DNA from: Antedon mediterranea
Taxonomy: Eukaryota; Animalia; Echinodermata
DNA length: 64,000 nucleotides
Assembly (NCBI RefSeq): GCF_964355755.1
Contig: NC_092673.1
Coordinates: 13,612,948 to 13,676,947, forward strand
Direction: 5' to 3'
The notes under the pieces are model-generated. The model did no database searches. It was not told where the DNA came from and worked only from the letters and a program-made list of their open reading frames with translations. The position numbers and the translations under genes are program-made. Each line of letters opens with the position of its first letter. The stretch's first letter is position 1. This document shows, piece after piece, positions 1 to 13,173 of this stretch.

Positions 1-513
1 ATATTCAGCCTAATATATTGAGATAAATAACATTTAAGAAACAAGTTGGAAAACTTTGATTATATAGTGATTAACTAATTAAACCTTGGAAATATCCAGG
101 TACTTTTTCAAATGGAGATCACACTTTTTTAATGTGATTAATATTTGGGGTTAAATGGGACGTGGGGTTGAACATGACATTTTGGTTTGGTTTGAAGGCG
201 TATAAGCGAGATACCGACGTGTGGAGGTAAAAAGGTATCATGAACGGAAGAATTTGTAAAGATCGACGTAAGTAAAATAAAAAGCCAATGTACAAAGGGC
301 TATTACACAACATAGATTTTAAGGCAAGACTAATGTAATGTACAGTACATTGAGATAACCTTCACACCACTCCTGCAAATTTTGGCACGAGCATTCTCTT
401 CTCTTCAGTTTTTTCCAGTGAAATCCGCGTTATAATATTTCTCAACCATTATATTTAATTCAAAACAAAGATGCCAAAGTAAGTTTAATTGTATTTTAAT
501 ACAGTGTAGGCCG

Positions 514-688
514 CTACAAATGCTAAAGCGGAGCGCGTCGTTCTTAACACCTGGACGCGTTCCACAGTGCGTACTACTGTTTGAAAGACGGAACAATTAT
601 ATTTCTCACTTATATTGACCTACAACTTGAAGACCAATATTATGGTGAGTATACTTTACGTTGTAGTAATTTATTGTAGTTAAGTAAC
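514..688. repeat. Interspersed repeat, second copy at ~25096-25746 (that copy carries extra internal sequence)
   Basis: CTACAAATGCTAAAGCGGAGCGCGTCGT and CACTTATATTGACCTA...GGTGAGTATACTTTACGTTGTAGT blocks occur at both loci. Confidence 0.75.
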
Positions 689-1199
689 TAAACCAAGAGA
701 CTATAGCAATCTCTTTATTAGCGATGAGGATTAAAATTTAACGCAATTTTTTTCTGGCGAAATATGACGCTGAAAATACGCGAATCTGGACGTGCGTTTA
801 CCTTCAACGTAGATCGCCCCTCGCCAATTCATAACCGCCTCGAGGATAAGGACCTGAAGTTCATGTTCTCTCTTTTTATATTTAATATTTGACAATTGAA
901 CGATTGGCATATACTAGATGAAACTGTAATATAAGAATATTACCGTATTATTATTCATGCTCGTGACATGAATGGGTTTTGTATGTTAACCCGCTGGACC
1001 TGTGATTCCAGAGCGAAACAAGCCCTGTTTCATGTCCGATTTCGGAAAATATACGATTAGGTTAGGCTAGGAAGTATTAATTAAGTAGTTCATATTAGTG
1101 GGCCAGTTGTTTACTTCGCTTCTTCACTGGAAGTCGACAGTGTTCGAAGAATTTATTCATTTATTTTATTAGTTTAGTAGGAAGTGCAAAAAATCAGTT

Positions 1200-1398
1200 T
1201 AAAAAAAATTTCATTTGAGATGGCCGATGAAGCAATTTTGTAAGCAACATTTAATAAAGATATAGGATGCCAATTTTTCAATTCTTTTCTTGATTTATTT
1301 GCCTTTGGGATTAGAGTGATTGCTCCCTGTTTTTGAGTGACTGAAAGGTTACAAGTTTTAAAGCCATATTTCAAAGAATGAAGAAGTAGAGCACCTAG
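1200..1398 (-). mobile_element. L1/Tx1-type LINE reverse transcriptase fragment
   Basis: QKQGAITLIPK...KNWHPISLLNVAYKIAS matches the non-LTR RT N-terminal motif. Confidence 0.8.
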
Positions 1399-2437
1399 TT
1401 TTTCGTAGTTCTGGTTAATACGTTTAACTCTGCATCAACATCAAAGTTGACCTCTTCGGGCACAAGAATGGTTTCCCCACTTTCTAGAACAATGTCAATT
1501 GGGTATCTTAAAAGAAAAAAAAAGTATAAACAATTGACAATAACTATGGAATATTGTATAATCTCTGAGCAGCAGTGGTCTGAAATTTACATACCCATTG
1601 GAATCATCAATACCAATAACGATTCCTTCTTTTTCTGTAGATTCCGACGCCTAAAAAATACAATTTAATAACAGAATGTACTCCGACTTTTTGCATTAAT
1701 ACAATGTACCCGCCAAAGTACAATTGTCATGTTTTACGAAGGCCAACAATGTCTACTAATCATTTTCCATTGTCACACTAATATGCATGAACGTAGTATA
1801 TTAATATATTAAATTCATATTTACTTCAATTTTGCTCGACAGCGTCGAAACCAACCGATTACTCTCTTTTATAAGGGCAGTTATTGAAACGTTTTTCCCA
1901 ATAACTAGTTGGTTTGCCTCCGCGGCCACTTGCCCCCAGAGTACGATATCCATGTTTACGTCATCGCACTCCAGTTTAATACTCTTTCTTTTATACTTTG
2001 ATGTTGAAACATATTCGCCAAGCTAAATAAAAAGGAAAACAAGTAAACAAACTTTTGGTTATTAGCAAGAAACTTTAAAATTAGCAGATAAATTAAACTT
2101 AAACGACATATTAATCACTTCTGTAACGTCTCCATTTAAACTTAATCGCCTCTTAACTGGGAGCCCTTTGGCTTCCGCCATGGAAAGATAATTCTATTCT
2201 ATTCACATCAGTTGTGATGAACCGGTCTCCCACCGCTAAAGCGAGGGCTTTTTGAGTCACGTCGCTCCCCAGGTTTCCATTTATATAACATGGGATGATT
2301 TGTCCGCTTTCATCATCTTTAGTTATGCTTTCGCTTATCATCCCCATTATATAACTGGTTTCCGCGTCTCTTTTTTTTCTCTCAGTAAATTTTTCAACGA
2401 CAATGAGCTTGCATGTTGATTTCTTTGTTGCCATCAT
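1395..2437 (-). pseudogene. Spliced OB-fold (RPA/ssDNA-binding-like) gene, degraded; exons ~2437-2119, 2022-1825, 1650-1595, 1506-1395
   Basis: GT-AG introns with compatible phases (0,0,2). Joined peptide LSMAEAKGLPVKRRLSLNGDVTE|LGEYVSTSKYKRKSIKLECDDVNMDIVLWGQVAAEANQLVIGKNVSITAL resembles an OB fold. Frameshift near 2195; 3' end abuts the LINE fragment. Confidence 0.6.
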
Positions 2438-3435
2438 GAAGCGTTGATTCAATATGCGAAAACCATCGAAAAGATCTGCTTTTAAATGCTCAACCACTAA
2501 AATGTTGCGCTATTTTCAGCATAATTTAAACTAATAATTTAAATAATAATAATAAACCAAATGGATAGACTTACCAGACCTTATGTTATTTAAAATTATC
2601 ATGAATAAACAATTGTGCCAAAGATCTTAGAATTTTGAATGCTAAACGAAAAGGTGGCGCTTGTAATAGGACCTATTTAAATAATGAAAATCAATTTGCA
2701 TAGTGCACCAACGCATGTAACACCAGCGTGTATTAAATCCTATTCCACTGTATTTTTTTTTTGCATAAATTGCATGCCATAGTTGAGTGACCAAAAGATT
2801 GTAATAGTTAGTAAGATATCTGCAGTGTTTATCATACCGTCGTGCAAACCAAATGCAAACCTTTTTTTGCCATTTTATAATAATAATTTTCTGATGTTAT
2901 TCTACATGAAATTGTGCTTCCAATGATGTAACCATTTCTTGTGTACCATTTTTTTGGGGGTAGGGTCTATATTTTTTATTCAACTACCACACTATATTTT
3001 TTATAATATATATTAAATATTATATAATCTTGTACTTTACCAATGATTACTAATATAATTTAAGGTAGTTTACAATGACAATACATGAAACATTGAAAAT
3101 CAAAGTATATTAACCCTAATTAAAGATAAATACATTTTTATTATATTACAAGTATGACATTTAAGGTGAAATAAAAGTTATTAGTTTAGACCAAAAAATG
3201 TATTAAATAAAAAATAATAATAATAAATAAATCAAATTGTCAGACAATTGGTTTTTGGTTTCATTTAACCATTTATTTTGTCTATTTGTTAAATGACTAC
3301 TTTTCTTTTTATCTATGGAAATATATTTTTATTAAGTTATGACTTAATTAATCTTCATTTTTCATGTTTTAACCATTTGAAAAGGCAGTGCTCCAATTTT
3401 GACAGGTTGATTGTAACAAAAATGAACGTACTGTA

Positions 3436-3950
3436 CTAATTAAAATTGCAATGCTCATGATTAATTGTAACAAAGTTTGTTAGCTCTAGGTTTGTTATTA
3501 GTCTTTTCTTACCTAACGTAGACAGGTGCAGTCCATCAGACGATAGTAGGCTTTTGTCAATGCTATTGTCACGGTATTTAAAATTACGATCATTACTTAC
3601 GAATATTGGACCATTTTCCTCAGTGACATTCTGTAGAATTGTATTTAGTGAGTCCAGTTTCATCTGATCATGTTTACGATCTATTCTCGGCGGGATGCTG
3701 GCTACTTTGACTGATTCTGCTTTGTTTTTAGCTATTTCAATTACGCCAGAAATTCTAAAGTCTTTTCAGACAACACGTCATACTATTGAAATTTCGCTAG
3801 CCGGATCCATCTTATCCAAATTTTCTTTAAGGCTCGAGAAATTTGCTCCTTTACCACCTGGATATTCATAGTATCATCTGGAGGTATCGTGTCACCAATC
3901 AGCGAGTACGTCGCCTATCAACACCTTCATTTTTACCCTTTTTGAAATAT
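3436..3950 (-). mobile_element. SGNH/GDSL esterase-like LINE ORF1 remnant
   Basis: SDGLHLSTLGKKRLITNL (DGLHL motif) plus a degenerate VLIGD motif upstream. Confidence 0.6.
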
Positions 3951-4306
3951 CAACATTCTTTACACATTAAACATCCTTCTCAACCGTGACGAGTTGTAAA
4001 CAATCCTAATTAGCATCAGGTATAATGCATACTCGTGGTTTGAAATCTTTGTTTACGTTCGCTCTCGAAGATTTTCCAGACGAAATGTAATCAAATTAAT
4101 TTATCTGTTAATTACGTAAACTTGTTGTTTTTGGCTCAAATTTTTGACTTATAATAACTTTAATATTACTTTTATATGGCCAATTTAAATTTAGAATATT
4201 TTGACCTTCATATTTTGTGTTTCAAGAGACAATACAATACAATGACAAAGTCCATGAGACATACACGTCAATCACCTGGCAGATTAAAACTTAATTCTAA
4301 TTGGTA

Positions 4307-4307
<1 letters not shown>

Positions 4308-4344
<37 letters not shown>
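4308..4344. repeat. (AAT)n microsatellite
   Basis: About 12 tandem AAT units. Confidence 0.95.
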
Positions 4345-4346
<2 letters not shown>

Positions 4347-4439
4347 CAACAGCTATTTACGGATTTGAAATCAACAGAAAAAAGTGCACATGGTGGTAGT
4401 GAAAATTAGATGATGTGTGCGGACATTTTATACATTGCT

Positions 4440-5800
4440 GCGGAAACACGTCGTTAATTGTTCGCCTTAGATAGTCTGTAACTAAGCGAACATCCCAAAT
4501 TTGTGCATATTTTGGAGTCGGTGGGTTAAAATTGAATAACCCTTTCATAAATCGTTTCAGTTCGATAGACTCCTTCATGTTTATATCTAAGATTTCGAGA
4601 AAGTTTACAATTACGCTTTTCGCCGTACTGATAGTAAGTACTAGTAGTACTATCAGTAGTATTATCGCTTAAAGAATTTACCATAAAAATTCAAAGTAGC
4701 ATTGTTATTAGCATTATTGTCCTCAAGTAGGCTTCAAACCTTATATAATTTCACATTTACAAATATGAATATCGAGAATGAAGCAATCACCTTTTACATT
4801 TGTACATTACTAAAAACTAGCAGACCAAACAATACAGGTCAACTGGTGGTTTTCCACAAAGACCCTGCCCTATGTCTGGTCAGAACAATTCTAAAGTACA
4901 GGAAAAAAACTAGTAAATTAAGGGAAAATAAGGACATATTTTTTATATGTCATAAGAAACCGTATGCCGAGGCATCAAAAGACACAATTGCTCGATGGAT
5001 AAGGACAGGTTTATCAGAAGCAGGAGTAGATACAACAAAATTTAAAGCCCATTCGGTTTGAGCGGCTGCATCTCCATCAGCAAAATTAAGGAATAAACCT
5101 GATAAATAGCCTAAGCCCTCGTCCTTCAGCTTTATCATGAAATCGAGGACGTGACCGGTTTCCACGTTGACCGTCTCCAGGATTGCTGCAGTATTGCTTA
5201 TTCCTTTGTTGTAGAGTTCCCGCCCTGATAGCCTGCAGGCAAAAAAGTTAAGTCTGTTATAAAGGGGATGACAATCATCTGAAGGCATGTTTGGTATTCT
5301 TAAACCTCAGTGGTTCCCCAACCATCATTGATAGTAATTTAGGATGCCAATACTGTGTTGGCCAGTTTGGGACCACCATGATAACTATGGAATTATCTGT
5401 CAATATTTTTTGCAAACATCTACCTATAAGGCAGAACGGCGGAAAAGCATAGAGCTTGGCAGAGGACCAATTTTGTAGAAATGCATCGATACCAATTGAA
5501 TCTGGATCTGGTTTCCATGATATATATTTTGGGAGCTGTGTATCCAGTTCGCCGAATGTTTTAGTGATTTTTATAAACAATTCTTTGTTAGCATCCATTC
5601 TGTCTCATCTTTAAACTGACGAGATTTTGCATCAGCTATTGTATTATCTCTACCTGGGAGGTATTCTACACTTATCCAAAAATTGTTCTCAATGCACCAG
5701 GACCAGATGGCTTTTGAAATTTTATTGCACGCAATTGATTTTGCGCCGCCCATGTTGTTTATGTAAGCTACTGCCGTGGTATTTGTTTCGATATTCAAAC
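4440..5800 (-). mobile_element. DIRS retrotransposon remnant 1 (RNase H, methyltransferase-like, tyrosine recombinase), internally rearranged
   Basis: Minus strand: NTTAVAYINNMGG, LPGRDNTIADAKSR, DAFLQNW..LYAFPPF, VLDF..GLGY, KRFMKGLF..WDV. The YR catalytic part LLALLSSSR..ASKDTIARWI..KAHSV is on the plus strand at 4702-5061. Confidence 0.9.
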
Positions 5801-5849
5801 TGATAAAAAAACTTGTGCACTCGGATTGACTTGAATAGTGGATTTATTG

Positions 5850-6415
5850 TGTCCCAACTGATTATCTCAAGTAGGTTGTTCGAACCTATCAATAAAATAC
5901 AAATACAATACTACGTACCTCACCATTCCACGAGACGCTTGTCAAGTGGGGAGGAGGGACGGTTACCAACACCACTAGTCTATTACGTGACTAGCTTACC
6001 TGGATGAACCGACATAGGCCAGAATACCACCGTACTAGGCATCTAGTCGGTGGTGGGCTGACAAGAAGAGGTAATTTGATTAACATACCTGTTTACTGTG
6101 GCTTCAGCACAGTGTGTGCTACTGGTGCCATGTTTTGAGGTCTTGGAGGTAGAAAACTGTGAACGTTGTATGCGATCGCCATCATGCTGCTTGTAGTACG
6201 TCTGCTAGCGGAACACCCGAGAACAGGGCCCATGACGCAGCCATACCCCGTACTTGATGCATGTGTGCAGGTGGAGGTGTTTGAGACGCCGAGTAGCCTG
6301 CCTGGATCGCGGCGACGATCCACCTAGCAATGGTGACCTTTGATGCCGGACCGAATGACAGGATTGTGACGCAGAAGAGGTGAGAGAGCTTCTCTCGTAC
6401 GTCCTTGGTTCTTTA
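5850..6415 (-). mobile_element. DIRS remnant 2: tyrosine recombinase C-terminus and 3' noncoding region
   Basis: Frame not in the ORF track: ASKVTIARWIV..HQVRGMAASWALFSGVPLADVLQAA*WRSHTTFTVFYL. Confidence 0.8.
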
Positions 6416-7385
6416 TGCCTTTAATTAAAGACTCAGTAACCCCATTTTGCCAAGGAGCATCCGGCGTACTATATGTCCACTTAACATTATACTCCAGCGA
6501 CAATTTCTTGAGTGTCTCATGCATTGCTGCCAGCTGTGACCCACAGTCCATAAATACTTCTGCTGGATATCCTCTTATCGCAGAAAACCTCCTAAATATT
6601 TTCTGCACTGCACCCTCACTGTAGTCAACCGCCAAATCGAGATGCAAAGCTCTAGTCACTAGACAGTTTAGTATCACTCTGAATGGGCCGAACAGATCAC
6701 ACCCTACATAAGTCCACGGGGGTGACGGTTTTAGTGATCCCATAATTTGTTCCTGCACTTTCCCTTCAAGACGTCTGCAGCCCATACACTTGTTTCTTAC
6801 TGATGATACTATGCGCCTAAATCGGATTATCCAATATTTTGCTCTAACCTTTGCCATAGTAGTGCTCACTCCACTGTGAGATAATTTATGTACCTTCTCG
6901 ATATACAACTAAGAAAACGTATGGTCTGTTGGAAGTAGAGGTACTAGTTTGTTATTGTAACTGAAATGAACATGGTTCTTGATTCTCTCTCCCACTACCA
7001 CGATTCCATCTTCGTCTATCATCGGTCCTAAGCTACCATATTTGTTTGTAAATGCTACTGCCGTTTTAATCTTTAAGTCTCTTATCGGGCGTTGTACGGT
7101 CTTGATCCAATACCGTTCGGCTTCATATATGTCGTTCTCGTTCAAATCTATTACAGCGGACTTAAAGCTTTTTTGCTTTGCTATGCGTTTAACCTTGGCG
7201 GTTGTTTTTAACAATTTGTCGAAGCTTCCAAATCTTTTAATGTTAATAGGGCTTTCTATCTAGATTGGCCATTGCTCTAAAGGATTTCTCATGAATTCTG
7301 GCCCCTGGAACCACTGTTTATTCTCTTCTAAACATTTGCTCATAATACTCCTAGAAATAATATCTGCAATGTTATCTTTCAGCGA
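6416..7385 (-). mobile_element. BEL/Pao LTR retrotransposon, RNase H end and integrase
   Basis: NIADIISR..WFQGPEF, H..H/KYWI/C..C zinc motif, GCDLFGP, CLVTRALHLDL, DAPWQNGVTESLIK. Confidence 0.9.
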
Positions 7386-7439
7386 TCCTAATTCTTCTTT
7401 CAATTTACTGTATTTAACTCCTTATTTAGGTCAACATAT

Positions 7440-8126
7440 GACAAACATTTTTTAAAAAGGCGATGTAGAAGGAACATACGTCAGAAAAAAAAACCATGGA
7501 TTTCAAATTCTTTAATTAAGTCAATTGATACAAGAAATTCCTATATATAAAAAATATATAAAATCTAAAAAAAAAACCCTCCCAAATTGAAATATATCAG
7601 ATACAGAAATAAATTAACTAAATTGCTCAAGTATGCCAAGAAAAAGTATTACACCAACAAATTTGAATGAGTTAGCCATTGGACTTTTTTTTTTATCTAT
7701 CGAAGGCCTTTGACACCATAAATCATAATATTCTTATTTATAAGCTCCAACATTATGGTGTCAGAGGTCTTCCTCTTAAATTAATTAAAAGCTACCTATC
7801 AAATCGTTATCAACTTACCTCTTTTAATTCTGTAGATTCTCCCTTGTTACCATTATCATCTTCGATGACGACACCAATATATTTTATTCTCATAAAAACA
7901 ACAATGTATTATTTCAAACAATAAATGTTGAACTCGTTAAAGTATCTGATTGGTTTAAGTTAAATAAATTATGTTTAAATACTTCTAAAACTAATTATAT
8001 TTTGTTCAACAAACGCAAATCTCGCAAATTCAAGGATGACATACACATGGCTGATTCCAAACTTTTATGTGTCACTTTAAACCAAATTCTTAGGCATTAC
8101 CATTGATTCTAACTTAAAATGGAAAC
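7440..8126 (+). mobile_element. CR1/L2-type LINE ORF2 remnant, left part
   Basis: KPWIS, LSKAFDTINHNILIYKLQHYGVRG, KFLGITIDSNLKWK; continues at 15005. Confidence 0.85.
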
Positions 8127-11100
8127 TATGGAACGCCGGGAGTGCCACTTTCGGCGACCTTTTAATGCGGCGACTGCTATTTCTTTCGGCGACCTAAACA
8201 TTTCGGCGACTTTGGTACTTAGCGGCGACTTTTCCATGCAGCGACTTGGCGAATTTACCATTCACCTGCAACTTTTTTATGCGGCGACTCGGCGACTTTA
8301 CCATTCAGCTGCAACTTTTCATGCGGTGACTCGGCGACTTTACCATTCAGCTGCAACCTTTTCATGCGGTGACTCGGCGACTTTAACATTTGGTTACAAT
8401 TTGTTTTATGTGGCAACTTTGTTTCGGTTGAATAACTTTGTCGGCGACTACTTTATTGGCGACTTAAGGATTAGGCAGCTTTTTTGTATGCCGACTAATT
8501 GTGCAACGATAACAGCTTAACCTTGGAAGGTCACGGGACATTATGTAACGTCTGGAATGAAAAGGTTAAACAACTTATCAGTATCAAATTACCTTGTTGC
8601 ATGCAGCGCATGCCAGAGTGTTGATTCATTTAGTATTTTGTTACGAATTTTATTATTATTCATGTGTACATCTTTATGAAAGCACCTTCAAAATGAAAAC
8701 GTTGCGTGAAATTCTTGATGAAATCAATTTAGGACATCTTCATGTCAATTTTGAAAGAGAAAATGTAAGGATTTTTTTGTCTTTTATTTAGTAGTAAAAT
8801 AAGCTGGCCTCTCTCTAGCCGTCCGCCTATATCTCTAACTAGGCTAGGCCCTAGTCCTAGCTAGATAGAGTAGGCCTCTAGGCGTAAGCCTAGTAGGCCC
8901 CTATATTATTATTCTATCTTTTTTAGGACCAGGCTAGGCCTACAGTAGTCATCTGACTCTCATATTATACTGGAAGGATGGTGTAGGCCCGGCTAGACTC
9001 GCATTGTCACAATAATTGAGAAATTTTAATAATAAATATAATTATTTTATTTGGATGTTTTCTTTTTTATTAAACAATGCCCTACTACTAGGCCTACTAC
9101 TACTTGCTGCCTATAGCCTAGGCCTAGCACCTGTTGAATATAGGTCTAGCCTGGCCATATTAAAGAGGAGGATCGGCTGCAGTAAAACATCTTGCCTTTA
9201 AATTTTCCTTTAACTATATACATTTATATTTACACAGTTTGAGTATCTTCAATAGGAATTATGTATAGTTCGATTTTTATCCTACATTAATTTTTCATAA
9301 CAACTGCTCCATTTTGTGGGTTTGTTGTTAAAAGTAAGAAATAAGTCCTTTGTCTGCCTTTTTTAAAAAACTTTATTACATTTCTATGATGTTTATATAT
9401 TTTATAATTATGTTTTCGATAGAAAATTTTGATTTGATATTTCAAATATTGTTTGAATTTGGGTAAGATAAACATTTCTTTTAAAATAAATCTGTTAGAT
9501 TGATGCTGCAAACATTGGTTCACTAACCAACTCTGAACTTGACATGCTGGGTGTAGTGTCGATAGGAGATAAGCACAGACTACGTAACAAATTCAGATTA
9601 AATGGTATGTTTTCACTGTTTTAATTAATTGTTAGCATAGATAGTAATAATGTTAGGCGAGTAGTCAGGTGTTAATGATACCCATTCGCATCCAATCTTA
9701 GCCTAATATAACACTATAATCACTTCCACAAATTTATTTTATAGAAACTATAAAAAAAAGTCTCCCACTTGATTTTATTTTGTTACACCTGAAAAATAAA
9801 TTGTATGCAATATATATCAAATTGTCTAATGGAAATTAGACAGGTCTCTACAGCTTTAAATCCATTGAGACCAACCATACTGTATGTCACACTCAAAATT
9901 GTCTTTGGACAACCTAATGCACAGATGTGGGTATTGGAATTAACATTAGACCTAGCATGTATGTTTATTTTACTTTGATAGTAAATATTCATATTTTTCC
10001 TAGGCACACTGTTATCTGCAATAATAGGCAATAGAGAAACGAAAAACCAAGGTAAAAAAAGAAAAGCGCAAGGTTATGGTGGCACCTCATGGACCAAAAA
10101 GGTAGTCTGTTTGGCAGATCCTGAAATGGAACATGCCCCAACCATGGCCGAAAAGCAGGCATTGGCAGATGCTGATCTTGGGGAAAAGGTGATGTCAATA
10201 AAGCATTCTAACATGTCACCATCCAAGCTGAAGGAAGTAATGATGGAGTTGTTTCCAAACTTACCGAAGGCGGTTGCTATGAGTTCCTGTCGTGTTCTGG
10301 GAACAATAGGATTTTGGTCCCAATAAGTGGTGCGTACACACCAAAAAACATAAAAGAAAGAACAGGGTCTGGACGGATTTACATCCGACCCATTCAAAAC
10401 CAGCTCAATCTGGATTCAGGAAAAGTAAGTACACTAAAAACTACCATACATCCCAGTGGCAGATCCAGGATTTTAATTTGTGGAGAGTGGGGGGGGGGGG
10501 GGGGGGATTTATTTCATTGTTTTCGGACATAATTTGAATATATAAAGTAGGCCTACCTCTATTATATATATATAACCTATATCTGTATATTGTGGTTATC
10601 CTTGGCAATTTGCCTAAAATGAGAATTAAAAAAAATAATAAAATAAAATAGCCATTCAGCCATTCAATAATTTTATTTAATAAATGGTTTTGACATAGTT
10701 TTTCAAAATTTTTTTTTTCTTCTAGAATTCAATTTCTGTAGAAAGTGGCTTATCGGAGCATTGTTTAAAGTTTCATGAACTGTTTTCTGTACACTTACTA
10801 AAGGAACATGTGAAAACTTGTTCTTTGGAAAGGTAACTTAAATTATTTGGCCTTTTTTCATTTGACTATTTCTTATTACACTTATTTATTAGGATTATCA
10901 ATTACCTATCTTGCAATACACAACTAATACCGAGAAGAGGGAAGAGTGAACCTGGTATTACTATGGAGAATAACTGATTTCTATATGGCAAATACTAATA
11001 TGTACTATATATTGATAATGTACTGTATGGGTATTTCAAAATTATTAGATCTGATGGGCAAGAGTCTTTCACCATAGGAGGACCTTCAAAATCAGCGTCA

Positions 11101-11193
11101 ACATCCAGCAGGTACTTTTGGCTTTTTTGTTTTGTCTTAAAAGGCAAAAATAATTACTTTTTTTCTCTTTATTTTAACAAATATAATAACTTA

Positions 11194-12038
11194 GGCCGGT
11201 ATTCATGAAAGGGGACTATCTTTAGTCCTGGACTATCCTTAGTCCTGGACTATCTAGTCCAGGACTAAGGATAATCCTGGACTATCCTTGATATGGTATT
11301 CATGAAACCTGGACTAAATAGTCCTGGATTAAGCCATGGAAAATTACAGCAGCTAGGTGGTCCATGATGTTTCCTTCTAAATTACGCAAGCGTAATGTTC
11401 TAATAGAATAGCGTATACTGCGTCCCTTTCTATAGCAAACGTAAAAACGTGTATAATTTCATTTCGCGCACTATGGACGGCCAAAGAAGGACAATGAATT
11501 GGAGTAGGGAGGAAAAAATGAATCTAGTCATGTTAATTAAAGAGAAGGCAGATATAATTGAGAGTAAAAAGACCGATTTTAAGACCAACAACGCCAACAC
11601 ATCGGCATGGAAATACGTGAAACGTATTCATGACGCTAGATTTGGGGACATTCGTTCCATTAAACATTGTAAGGAACAATGGAAACGAATAAAGCAAACA
11701 CCAATCTACGAAGACGGGGGGAGGCCCACCACCACCTCCATTGACAAGAGTTTGCGGAATTGGTAGAATCAATTATTCCTAGAGAACTTCAATCAATCAG
11801 GAACCCCTTCGACGACGACGAGGCAATTGCCGTCGCAGAACTAACGCCAGGGGAGTATCTACTTCCTTTGGCTTCGCTGCCTTTGTCAACAAATGTATCA
11901 ACAGCATTGTCAGAAACAACCATGTGAGTACATGTAAACATTGTCCATAAAATAGTAGGCCCATAGTAGGCATATGGGCCTATGTGAAGGCTACACGATT
12001 ATGCAAAAGAATTAGGTCTATATATAGAAATACGGGCC
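11194..12038 (+). mobile_element. PIF/Harbinger derivative with Myb/SANT-like ORF (11449-11766)
   Basis: Left end TTA|GGCCGGTATTCATGAAA; peptide NWSREEK..LIKE...IIESKKTD...AW..V...RSIKHCKEQWKRIK. Absent from the sister duplication unit. Right end degenerate. Confidence 0.8.
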
Positions 12039-12958
12039 ATAGTTGTTTGATTCGATAGTGGATTTATTACCGGTAGTTTAATATTGCATAACATTGAATC
12101 ATTGCCTTGCAAATATTTGTACTTAAAAATCAACCTATAAGAAATAAAATCATGCAGGTATTTTGGCTTTATTTCTGTTATATATTTGAAGTGAATGAAC
12201 AAAATTAAATACCACATACAATATACTTTTTTTTAAATTATGATATACTAGATCTGATAGGCAAGAGTCTTTGACCATAGGGAGACCTTTAACATGAGCA
12301 TCAACGTCAGCATCTTACAGGTATATTTGTCTTATTTTTCCAGTCAAAAATCAACATTTTTATTTTTGTCCAAAAATAATCAAATTTTTTTGTATGAGTA
12401 TGGTGATCAAAATATCAACTAAGGCATTGTTTCTAATGCTTACAACAAATATATTTTTTCAGTTCAATTTCTTATAAATACTGTAGTTTTTGTTCATGAC
12501 ATTTTTAACAGTTATTTCCTATTTTTGTATGTAAGCAAAGATTTTACTGGATAATCTATATGGTTCTTAATTGTGTTATATTATTTTTTTTGATAATGTA
12601 TGGGTATTTCAAAATTATTATAGTAGATCTGATGGGCAAGAGCCTTTCACCATAGGAGGACCTTCAAAATCAGCATCAACATCCAGCAGGTACTTTTGGC
12701 TTTTTTTTGTCTTAAAAGGAAAAAATTAATTACTTTTCTTTCTCTTTATTTACAAATATAATAACATCGTGGTTTGATTCGATAGTTGGATTTATCAATT
12801 TAATATTGCATTTATTGAATCAATTACTTGCCTTGCAAATATTTTTTGTACTGTAAAATGAACCTATAAGAAATAAAATCCTGCAGGTATTTTGGCTTTA
12901 TTTCTGTTATATATTTGAATTAAATGAAAAAAATTAAATACCACATACAGTACAATAT

Positions 12959-13173
12959 CAGGCCTTGTCTTTTGAAAATTATAGATGTGCTACAAATTGC
13001 ACTCCTCAATCCCGGTCCTCAATACATTCAGGGATGCTGTAGGTGTGCTGTTTGTATTTTGGTGTGTAAAAGTTTGCCAAATTTAAGGGGGTTGTAAATC
13101 GCACTCCTCAAGGGCAGTTTAGGAGGGTGTTAGGCGAGTGATCGCACTCGCTCGCCTTAAAAGACAAGGCTTG
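12959..13173. mobile_element. 215-bp MITE (hAT-like CA..TG ends)
   Basis: TIR CAGGCCTTGTCTTTT / AAAAGACAAGGCTTG, CAATAT on both flanks, absent from the sister duplication unit. Confidence 0.8.

Noticed and set aside
4702-5061. Phage integrase or prophage
   Set aside because: Adjacent RNase H and methyltransferase-like motifs identify a DIRS retrotransposon.
6324-6908. Intact 194-aa integrase
   Set aside because: Chimeric: the BEL integrase runs into an off-frame DIRS fragment at ~6415 and has internal deletions.
8119-8520. 133-aa ORF
   Set aside because: Read-through of the TIR and GGCGAC subterminal repeats; no protein-like features.
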